Source: Macrostomum lignano (taxonomy: Eukaryota). Taken from it: a stretch of DNA of 19,635 nt. The position numbers were made by a program, and so were the translations under genes. The notes beneath the pieces were generated by a model. The model was not told the DNA's origin, made no database searches, and was given only the letters and a program-made list of their open reading frames with translations. This document shows, in pieces, positions 7,813 through 17,194 of the stretch (the first letter of the stretch is position 1; every line of letters starts with the position of its first letter). The stretch spans positions 1 to 19,635 of the forward strand of contig NIVC01005231.1 in assembly GCA_002269645.1 (NCBI GenBank). The letters are read 5' to 3'.

Positions 7813-10547
7813 TCATGGCATCCCAGAGGACATTGAGGACGGGGTTCGGCCCGGAGCCCGAGGGGCTTCCGGCTCAATGTGGAAGCTGTGGAGCTTGGCT
7901 GCCCTCATCTTGAGCAGCCAAGCCACCCCCAGCTGCTTGACTCTGTCTGCGAGCATCGGCATACCTGCCAGCTTGTGCAGGTATTCAATGCTGATGTAGG
8001 ATGGCACACCATAGCAGATACGGAGAGCCAGGTTTTGAATTTTTGCAATTTGATTTGGTTAGTCGCACAAATTTGGCTCAGGATTGGCGCTCCATAGGTG
8101 AGAGCGCTTTCTCCGTATGCCCTGTACAGCATTCTGAGGGTGGTGCTACTCAGCTTAGTCATTTTTGCAATTCTGCACAGTGACATTACAATGGCTCTGC
8201 TGGTATCTGCCATGTTGTCCACATGTTTGTTCAGGCAGAGGCTCTGGTCAAGGAGGACACCCAGGAATTTCACCTCCTGACAGTACGGAACCTCAGTGTC
8301 CCCCAGATACAGTTTGGGTCGCAAGTCCATGCGCCTAGTGGGTTTGTAGTTGAAAGCGATTGCTTTGCTTTTCCCGGCATTCAGTCTAATGCCCTGTTTA
8401 CCGCACCAGTCAAAGACTCGTCTGAGGTAGCTTTGAAGGGATGTTCGGAGCCCCGCAAAGGTGTCTGCTGAGGCCCAGACGGCCATGTCGTCTGCGAATT
8501 GACTGCGTTTGACGCTTGAGATGGTGGGAGTCGGCATTGAGCTGACGAAGAGGAGGTACAGGAGAGGGCTCAGAATGCCTCCCTGAGGGACGCCAGCCTG
8601 GATGGTGTGGGGATCGCTTAGGGCCCCCTCGATTCGAACCTGGATCTGTCTGTCTCGCAGGTAGTCAGACAGGATTCGCATGAGCATAGGTGGAAAACCA
8701 TCAGTGAGCATGCTATGCCTGATCTTGTCGTGCCAGGTGGAGTCAAAAGCTGCCTCTGCATCCAGGAAGACTGCAGCGGACTTTTTAGCTTTGCACTTTG
8801 CTACCATGACATCTTGTGCCAGACGGCACAGGTTGTCATACGTGGAGTGAATTTTGCGGTAGGCGCATTGGTCATCTCCTAGGGTCTTATTATCCTCAAG
8901 GTGCTTGGTGAGTCTTTTTGCTATAAGCTTCTCAAACACTTTGCCCAGACATGAGGTCAGGCTGATTGGTCTGTAGGAGTTGGGGTGTTCGGGCGGTTTG
9001 TCCGGCTTGGGGATCATTGTCACCACAGCTTTCTTCCAGGCGCTGGGGAAAATCCCTCGACCGTAGCAGGCGTTGAAGAGGTTAGTGAGTCTCGTGATTG
9101 CCACCCCCTCTAAGCCCAGCTTGAGGACGCAGTTGGGAATCTTGTCCAGCCCGGGTGCTCCATCAGGCCTGAGGTGCTCCAGTTCCCACACTGTGTCTGC
9201 CACAGAGAATGCAGCATCAAGTGGGTGGGTCTCGAATGGGTTCGATTCCCTCAGGAACGGGGTAGAATGAGGTGAGCTGTGCCACATCGGCCACCTCACG
9301 TTTGAGCTGTTCGCATGTGGAAGGGACTGGGCGCATCTTTGAGTCCAGAGTCTCGGCTAGAAGGTTAGCCTTCTCCAGATCTGTGTGCGCAGTTGTTTGA
9401 CCCAGGGTGAGGCTGGGGATGGAGGTTGGCTTAAATTTGCCCAGCAGCTTTTTAGTGTCGTGCCAGAAATTCTTCACTTTCTTGTTCTTGCTATTTTCAA
9501 CAATACTCTCACAGACTTTGGTGAGCTTTCCATTCTGGAAGGCGCTAATTTCTCTCTTTATGCGATTTGCGAGCTGGTTTGCTTGGGTTTTGAAATTTTG
9601 ATCCCGTGTGCTGAAGAAGAGGCGTCTGAGTCGTCTGCGCTCTTTGATCAGGTCGAGGATGTACTTGGGTAGGGCGTTTTTGGCACCACAGTCTGGTACT
9701 GTGGAGTCAATCACGGTGTGAATGGCCTTTGTGATGTGATCCACTTCGGCATTGATTTGGTCAGCATTTGATAATTTAATATTCTGATCTGAGCTCAAAG
9801 CTTCACTGATTTTGAGTCTGAACTCGTCCCAGTTTGTTTTTGAGAAGTTTTTGGGTCTGGGGGGACCAGCCCATTTCTTCGACTGAATATTGAGCGTGAG
9901 GATTATAGGTAAGTGGTCACTGCCCAGGTCAGGACCCACCTCAAAGTCCTGCACAAATGGGAGAAAGTCCTCAGTGGCCAGGGCGAGGTCCAAGACATTC
10001 CTAGAAATCAGCCCGTTTTTGGTGGCCAGTCTGGTGAACTGACCGGCCTGATTGAGAATGGTGGGCGAGTGGGGCCCTCAGACAGCCAGTCGTGCAGCTG
10101 GTAGCCAGCCATGTTGTTGCTGCTGTCACCCCCGAGGAAGCGGTGTCTGGCATTGAGGTCACCCATGAGCACACTGCGCCTACGGAGAGAAGATTTTTGA
10201 GTAGGTTCAGGTTCAGATGGTACGGTGCTGGAGACCTGTACACCAGAGCGAGATTGAAGTCAGGACCAGAGTTGTCAGACAAGCTCACGGTGCAAGAGAT
10301 GGCTTCATGGTTGACATTGTCATACTGCAAGCGCACATTTGTGAGTTTGACGCGAGGAGAGTGGCAAGGAGAAGCCCGCGTTTGACTTGCGGGGTATCAT
10401 ACCGAATGATGGAGTACCCGGGAATCTGGACAGTGTGACAACTTTTGAGAATGGTCTCAGAAAGAGGGCAATGTCTAGCTCCTGACTGACGACCCACTGT
10501 GTCAGCTCTCTGATTTTCGGGTTGAATCCCCTGCAGTTTAAATGCAT
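7813..10547 (-). CDS. LINE ORF2: APE endonuclease (~10547-9890) plus reverse transcriptase (~9170-8270) and thumb; 6 frame breaks; no RNase H seen
   Basis: APE motifs: HLNCRG, LFSET, GYSIIRYD, VYRSP, MGDLNARH, LDLAL, GSDHLPI. RT motifs: APGLDKIPN, SYRPISLTSCLGKVFEKLI, FLDAEAAFD, GVPQGGILSPLLY, QFADD, FLGVLLD. Breaks near 10460, 10350, 10180, 10065, 9250 and 8040. Confidence 0.93.
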
Positions 10548-10640
10548 AATCTTCAGGGCTGTGGTTTGATTGTTTGAGTCTACAGTTAACGCACTGAAGT
10601 TTCAATTCAAGTCTTGAGTTTAGCTGCCTGAGACTAGGAC

Positions 10641-13347
10641 TCAGTGGTCATGCCCGGCACTTCCTGCCATGCCCGGCACTTCCTGGAGTGCAGCCCGCAC
10701 AATGTCCTCAACCATTTTACTGGTTGATTCCACAGTGAGGACCTCCCCAGGCGGTCGGGACAGGGCCTGCACAACCACTTGAGTCAGAGAGCGGGTGATC
10801 AGGGGCAACAGCATGCTCACCACCGACATAAAGTCACTAAGCTGCAGCTGCACCGCCTGGCCGGCATCAGCTGACGGAGCAGTCGCATTGACATCAGACT
10901 CGGTCTCTGCCGCCGGAGCGCTCCTGGCATCATCGGTCACGATGACAAGCGGCCGGATCGCGGCGGGTACCGGCACCGTGCGCCTGCCTCGGCGGATCAG
11001 CCAGCCGCTGTCGGAGTCGTCGTCGGCGGCGGCGTCGTCGGTCTCACTTGACACTGGGGCAGCAGCGGCCGCAGCTTCCGCAGCTCGCGCCGCGGCTTTG
11101 GCCTCAGCAGCCGCTCTGGTCGCCTTGTCGTGCTCCGCCTTGGCGACGGTGCAGGCTCGACTGGTGGTTCGGTGCGAGCCGCCGCAGTTGGCGCAGACCG
11201 CTGGGCCCTCGTGCTGGCACTCCTTCCAGGAATGCTGGCCGCCGCAAATCCGGCAGCGCTGCTGCCCCCGACACTGGGCAGCGCGGTGGCCGAACTCCTG
11301 GCAGCGCTGGCATTGCAGAGCGCGGACCGGCTCGTCTGTGCGGCTGTCCTCGCAGTTGAACTTCAAGAAGTCGGTGCAGATGCCATCGCGGAGGCACTTC
11401 TCGTAGGTCATCGCCGACTTTGTGAAGATGCGCACGAACTGGGTTGCCTTCCCAGTCGCTCTGGCTCGGATTCTGTGGACGCTGACAATGTCCAGCTTGA
11501 GCGTGCGCGCAACAGGGTCGCGAAGTCAGCCTCCGAGAATGCGAGGGGCACCTCAGTAGCGACGAAGGTGCGTACCGGCTGCTGCTGCACTCTGTCGGGC
11601 CCTGTTCTGTTGTCCAGCGGTCGGGCTCGGGCTGGACGGCGCTTTACGGGATGCTCGAGCAGCTTCTCCTCGCGCAGCGCGCCGCCCAGGAAGACGTTGT
11701 AGTCCCGCTCCGACGCTGGGAACACGAGATAGGCCGGCTGATTCGCCATCGGCGCAGTGTTGACGGCTCTAGCTTCGCCGGCAAAGTTGGTCTGCAGCCA
11801 GGCAACGAACTGCATCAGCTTGTTGGCCGCGTCCCGGTGCACCTCAAAAACGATCGGCGGGATGGCAGCCTGGGGCCTTCTGGGCGGCGCAGGGCGCGCC
11901 GCAACCTGCGCGTAGGGCCGCGCTGCCGCAGCCGCCTGCGCGCTTGTCGCCGAAGCCGCCGCCGCACCGGCCGGCCAGGAAGCCGCCGAAGCCGCCGCCG
12001 CACCGGACGCCGCGCCGCGACCTCCTCGCCTGCCTCGCTGGTGGCCGCCACGGCCGCGCCGACCCCGATCGCCTTCGCGGTCTCGCGTCGCCGTCGCCTG
12101 CCGCTCCTGGGGCCTGTCGTCGCCCCGGCCGCCCTGGTCGTCGTCGTGGCCGCCTTGGTCGTCGTCCCGACCGCCTTGGTCGTCGCCGAATGGGCCGCCG
12201 TTTAGCGGCTGGCTGTAGGTCGGGTCATCCGGCAGAGCTCGCTTGCGCCGCAGCTCCGGCTTGGTGACACGGAATGTTAGCGAGATGCGGACGCCATTCT
12301 GAGAGTGGGCGGCGGGCACCTGGTGCTGCAGGCGTTTCTGGCAGTTTCCTGCCATCAGAATCAGCGAGCCTGGCAGCGTTGGAAAGCGGTGCGTCACGTT
12401 GCCGTCCCGACGGCGCAGCATGAACAGCCGCTCAGCGCCGAAGGACACGGTCGCGATCGTCGGCCTGTCGCCGAGCTCATCCTCATCGTCCGAGTGCCAG
12501 GGAATCCGGTCTCCCGGCTCGGTGTAGAAGTTCACCAACACGGAGTTGAACTTCGGGACATCGAACTGGGTATCATGGTAAATGAAGTCACGAATGTCTT
12601 CAATTACCTGATGCCAGTTAGATTTTCCTTCAGCTCAACCCCGCTGTAGGTGTACGACGGGCCGATCCAGTAGACGCGGCGCTGCTCACTCGGACGATGC
12701 TGAAAGGCTTGAGGCAGCAGGTCGGTGATCAGGCGCTCGTAGACTTGGTCCGCGACCTCGCTCAGGAACTTGGGCGCATAGATGATGGTGCTGTCGCTAG
12801 CGTAGATCGTCTGCTGACAGTCAGTCAAGTCAGGCTCATCAGGGAAGATGATTTGACTGATGTCAGCGTCCAGTTGCTCGGCAGGGGGCTTTGGCAGCGT
12901 CGAGGCCTGGTCTGCAGCCGATTGCTGGCGCTCCTCAGACGTCGGCGCTGCCGCTGCCGCACTGAGCTCGCTGGACTCGGCAGTTGGTGGCTCGGTGGTT
13001 GCTGCGGCCTCGTTGGATGGCAGGGCGCTTGTCTGGCCTGGCTCGTCGCAGTCGAGAGACATGCGCTGCTCTGCCTCTGCGCCTGCAGCCTCCGGCAGCT
13101 GCTCATTCTCTCGCAGGATCTCCTCTGCGTTGCGCAAGAGCTCGCCGGCCGGTGGGCTGATCGAGTGGCGGCCTTCCAGACTGCGTCGAGCTCGCATCAG
13201 GCCTGCTGGCGGCGGGCTCGCAGTCGATGGCTCAGCTGTCGGCGTCAGTCCAAGAAGCTGGCGACCGTAGGCTTCGTTCGGACGATACCGGTGCTCGAGA
13301 GAGGGCCGGCAGTCCATCTTTTTAGCGCTGGCGCGATTTGCAGCCAT
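10641..13347 (-). CDS. LINE ORF1 (~902 aa after restoring 1 nt each at ~12618 and ~11500): low-complexity N-terminus, AlkB domain, DDQGG/RGG/Ala linker, gag-like region, 3 CCHC knuckles
   Basis: Joined from ORFs 12604..13347, 11408..12541 and 10641..11435. The base missing at 12618 is present in the second copy (GAAAATCTAGACTGG). The span of 2707 nt plus 2 gives 903 codons. Confidence 0.87.
11151..11312 (-). other. Three CCHC zinc knuckles of ORF1
   Basis: CQRCQEFGHRAAQC, CRICGGQHSWKEC and CANCGGSHRTTSRAC (CX2CX4HX4C, CX2CX3HX4C, CX2CX3HX6C), the spacing typical of Jockey/I-group ORF1. Confidence 0.95.
12262..12790 (-). other. AlkB-family 2OG-Fe(II) dioxygenase domain (ALKBH2/ALKBH3-like) inside ORF1
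   Basis: YTYSG, FNSVLVNFY, WHSDDEDELG (HxD at 12496-12488), IATVSFGAERLF, GSLILMAG, LQHQVP (His at 12325-12323) and RISLTFR (12289-12269). Confidence 0.93.
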
Positions 13348-13824
13348 ATGGCGTGATTATTTGGGTACACTCAAACTAAACCTAAACTACAACTAACTAA
13401 TGAGTCAGGAGGCACACAAAGTGCGCTCGCTGAGAGGGGTGGGGCGACTGCAAGATAAGACTAGGGGTGGGGTAGAGATAAAAACAAATGTACAGTGGAA
13501 TGGAAGGCTAACTAAAGTACTTTCAAGAGCTAAGCTAGGCTAGTCTAAACTATTCAACTTCCAATAAGCCTTTCTAGGAAAGGCCTGCAAAAACTAGAGA
13601 ATTCTCCTAAGAGTATCCCTCCACGGAAATCTTTAGTAAAAGGCGAAAGATTTAATCGTGGAATGAAGAGAAACCAGAGTTGAAGTTAAACAAGTCTGGG
13701 TAGCTTTTTTTGTAGAAAATTCTGTAACCGCTTTAATTAAACATTCGTTTTCATAAAGCATTCGTTCCTGGAATGCCAATCTCTCTACTGACATAAGTGG
13801 AACTATTTGCGCATGAAAGTTAGT

Positions 13825-14764
13825 TTTTGTCTACGCAGTTTTTTTCTATGCTGTAGAGAGTGGGAGGATAGGCAGTAAAATTTCGGTAATTTTTTTAAAA
13901 CTTCATAGTAAGTCTTTTCTGAAGTAGCCACTGGTTAGCGAGGGTGATGACCTCTTCTTTGGACTCGAAGCGGTGCCACGGAGTGGCCACTTGAGCTGAC
14001 GGAATAGATGAAAATCGGAGGGTGCCAGGTCTGGTGAATAGGCCGGATGTGGGAGGATTTCGAACCCCGCAGTGGTGGCAGCATTCACCGCAACCTGGGC
14101 AGTGTGAGCTGAGGCATTGTCGTGAAGCAGCAAGGGGGCCAGCACTCAGCTTCCCCCGCTTCTTCTGGACCACTGCCTGACGAAACCGGCCCAGCTGTTC
14201 GGAGGACCAGACACCTGTGACAGTGTGCCTAACAGACAGGTACTCGGCGAGCAGGATCCCCTGAAAGTCCAGAAGAAACAGCCCTGGAATCTCGCTTAGA
14301 CACGGGGGTCCATAGTGGCAGATCCAGCACTCATCCCCAGTAATGATTCATCGCTCAAATCCATCCAGGTTCTCATTGTAGAGGTCAGGCAGTAGTCCCG
14401 ACGAGAAAGCATTCGGGGCGCTACTGCCTCAACTTTTATGGCTCACCCTGCCACGCTTGAATTCGTTGTAAAGTCGCTCGATGGTGCGCAGAGAGGGACA
14501 AGTTGTGGGGTACAGACTTTATCTTCTCCTCAATTGCAAAATTTAATATGAGGGCTCGGTATTTCTGCTTGTGTGTGCATTTTGCGGAAAATTCAGGGGG
14601 TGCTTAAAGTTCGTGCAGAAAAGATACAGTTAAAAAGACATGAAAAGAAAACACTGCACCCTATAAATTCTATATAAAAGTACTTTAAAAAGCCGAAAAA
14701 AATATTAAAAAAAAGCTTTTGAAATGGCTGAACGGCAAAACTATAGATTTGAACCACCCTCGTA
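13825..14764 (-). mobile_element. Degenerate mariner (DD34D) DNA transposon with one TIR
   Basis: RTIERLYNEFKRGR (HTH), IITGDECWICHYDP, LLLHDNASAH and HPAYSPDLAPSDFHLF. The 5' end on the - strand reads TA-CGAGGGTGGTTCAAA (14764-14748), a mariner-like TIR with a TA target dinucleotide. Stops, frameshifts and deletions are present. Confidence 0.88.
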
Positions 14765-15284
14765 TTTGACAATTGACAAGACGGACTGACTAATGGGCGC
14801 CCCCCACCCAGTTAATAATTTGGAGTTATTGCGCAACACTTAGTCGTGTTTGAACAGTGTCATGGAATTACGAGCTACATGGTGTATGCTAATACCCTAT
14901 AATTACATATCTTAGCTATGCGTGTATAATATAGGCCATTCTTAACTATTGTTCCAGCCTATAGATTGGCTCACGATCGCTTTCTTTAATCAATCCAGCT
15001 CTTGCCTCAAGTAGTGTCGATTGCCATCATTACAATCAATCTATTGTCAACAATGGTCAGAGCAAACTTATTAGTCGCCTAACTTATTAAAATTAATTCT
15101 TGTAGTTTCAAGATCTTACGCTTGAGCTGTTGAATTTTAGAAATATGTTGATGAGTTTTAAAATTATTAGAAATTGTTGCTAAGGCGTGTAAGGAGTAGA
15201 ACCAGTTGATAAATTCGACTTGGTTGCCACAATGGCGCCACGGTTTGTCTCAGTTCAGCTAATGAGGAATCTCTGAGGAAGCCA

Positions 15285-16001
15285 AGAGAGACAGAATTGC
15301 AGAGAGACAGAATTGCAGAGAGACAGAATTGCAGAGAGACAGAATTGCAGAGAGACAGAATTGCAGACAGACAGAATTGCAGAGACAGAATTGCAGAGAG
15401 ACAGAATCGCAGACAGACAGAATTGCAGACAGATAGAATTGCAGAAATACAGAGTTGCAGACAGACAGAATTGCAGGCAGACAGAATCGCAGACAGATAG
15501 AATTGCAGAAATACAGAGTTGCAGACGGACAGAATCGCAGACAGACAGACTTGCAGACAGATAGAATTGCAGAAATACAGAGTTGCAGACAGACAGAATT
15601 GCAGACAGACAGAATTGCAGACATACAGAATTGCAGACAGACAGAATTGCAGACAGACAGAATTGCAGGCAGACAGAATCGCAGGCAGACAGAATTGCAG
15701 GCAGACAGAATCGCAGGCAGACAGAATTGCAGACAGACAGAATCGCAGGCAGACAGAATTGCAGACAGACAGAATTGCAGACAGACAGAATTGCAGACAG
15801 ACAGAATCTCAGGCAGACAGAATTGCAGACATACAGAATTGCAGACAGAAAAAATTGCAGACAGACAGAATTGCAGACATACAGAATTGCAGACAGACAG
15901 AATCGCAGGCAAACAGAATCGCAGACAGAAGCAGACAGGCGGCACAGAAGCAGACAGGCGGCACAGAAGCAGACAGGCGGCACAGAAGCAGACAGGCGGC
16001 A
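15285..16001. repeat. 16-bp minisatellite (AGACAGACAGAATTGC variants), ending in four 19-bp units (CAGAAGCAGACAGGCGGCA, 15926-16001)
   Basis: Period read directly from the sequence. It accounts for all the repetitive ORFs at 15255-16326. Confidence 0.97.
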
Positions 16002-16519
16002 GAAATTGCACCGCAGCGCAAGGGAAATCCAAGCCGCAATCCGCAGCTCACGCACAGCATCAGCAAAGTTAATTCGGCTTCAGCAGGCGGCCCGTTTCCA
16101 TCTAGCTCTATCAAAGCCAGGCACAAATGAAGCCAGCTTGTTGGTGCATAATGAGCTGAGCTCCAATTCTCGTGGGGATTTATCTCCCCCAATATACGCT
16201 CGTACATATTTAGCATACAGGACCTATGGGATAATTCCATTCCGGTCTTCGCCCGCGCCTTCCCCACTTGATTTGGCCCCTTCTCCCCTCTCTAAAAGCC
16301 AAATATTGCGCAGGAGGAAGCTTTAGCGGGGTTGACGGGAGGGCCGGAGACAAAAAATAGGTCTTTGTCCCCCCCCCGAAATCCCCCGCGCCCAACCCGA
16401 TCCTTGCGAACCCCCCGCCGCCACAGCTTGCCAATTTTCCCTTTCGATCCCGTTTGGCCTCTTTTACTCCTCAACTATTTTTAATCATTTGGCCGCTTTA
16501 CTGTTTCACTGGGAATTTG

Positions 16520-16920
16520 CAGCATCTGACACGGATGACACTTACAGCATCTGACACAGATGGACACTTACAGCATCTGACACAGATGGACACTTACAGC
16601 ATCTGACACAGATGGACACTTACAGCATCTGACAAAGATAGACACTTACAGCATCTGACAAAGATAGACACTTACAGCATCTGACACAGATGGACACTTA
16701 CAGCATCTGACACAGATAGACACTTACATCATCTGACACAGATGGACACTTACAGCATCTGACACAGATATGACACTTACAGCATCTGACACTGATAGAC
16801 ACTTACAGCATCGGACACAGATGGACACTTACAGCATCTGACAAAGATGGACGCTTACAGCATGACAAAGATGACACTTACAGCATCTGACACAGATAGA
16901 CACTTACAGCATCTGACACA
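16520..16920. repeat. 26-bp minisatellite (GACACTTACAGCATCTGACACAGATG), ~15 copies
   Basis: CTTACAGC recurs at 16541, 16567 and onward with period 26, with a few shortened units. Confidence 0.97.
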
Positions 16921-17194
16921 AATGGTTTTCGTAGCGCTTTGATACAGTTTGACATGAATTGGGAATATTTGAGCATCGGATATGTACCGTTTTAAAAAGC
17001 GCTTTGTTTCATTTCATTTGTTTAATGCTATTAAGTACCGATATAGCCATCAAATTTTCCTTTTTGGCTTGTATTATTTTGTGCCAACTTTTCAAAAAGG
17101 ATGAAGTCTGAATCTTACTACTGTCAGTAGGTAAAAAGTTATATATAAACATATACTCGTAAATAAACAAATTAACTACTCGTATATACCACAG

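Larger units (their letters stand above)
7171..13634 (-). mobile_element. Apparently full-length non-LTR retrotransposon (APE-RT, Jockey/I-group-like architecture), ~6.46 kb, ORF1 with an AlkB domain
   Basis: 5'UTR 13634-13348, ORF1 13347-10641, 93-nt spacer, ORF2 10547-7813, and a ~640-nt 3'UTR ending in (AAC)3 at 7179-7171. The 5' end is defined by loss of identity with the second copy at 13634/7170. Confidence 0.92.

Noticed and set aside
11490-11510. Programmed ribosomal frameshift within ORF1
   Set aside because: No slippery heptamer at the break, and the many other -1 breaks point to deletion or sequencing error.
10795-13356. Long + strand ORFs opposite ORF1 (e.g. 10795..11406, 11130..11702, 12697..13356)
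   Set aside because: Shadow ORFs expected antisense to GC-rich coding sequence; no motifs.
5664-13634. The 1.5-kb direct repeats as LTRs or Penelope pLTRs
   Set aside because: No TG..CA ends, PBS, PPT, integrase or GIY-YIG domain; the enzyme set is APE plus non-LTR RT. A TART-like terminal redundancy is retained as a hypothesis in the junction finding.
13540-13662. HDV-like or hammerhead ribozyme at the LINE 5' end
   Set aside because: Hairpins exist, but I could not assemble the P1/P2/P3/P1.1/P4 topology or the CUGAnGA/GAAA core by eye. It needs an RNAMotif or Infernal search.
16320-16460. GC-rich block resembling a DNA-transposon end
   Set aside because: No partner TIR or TSD was found.
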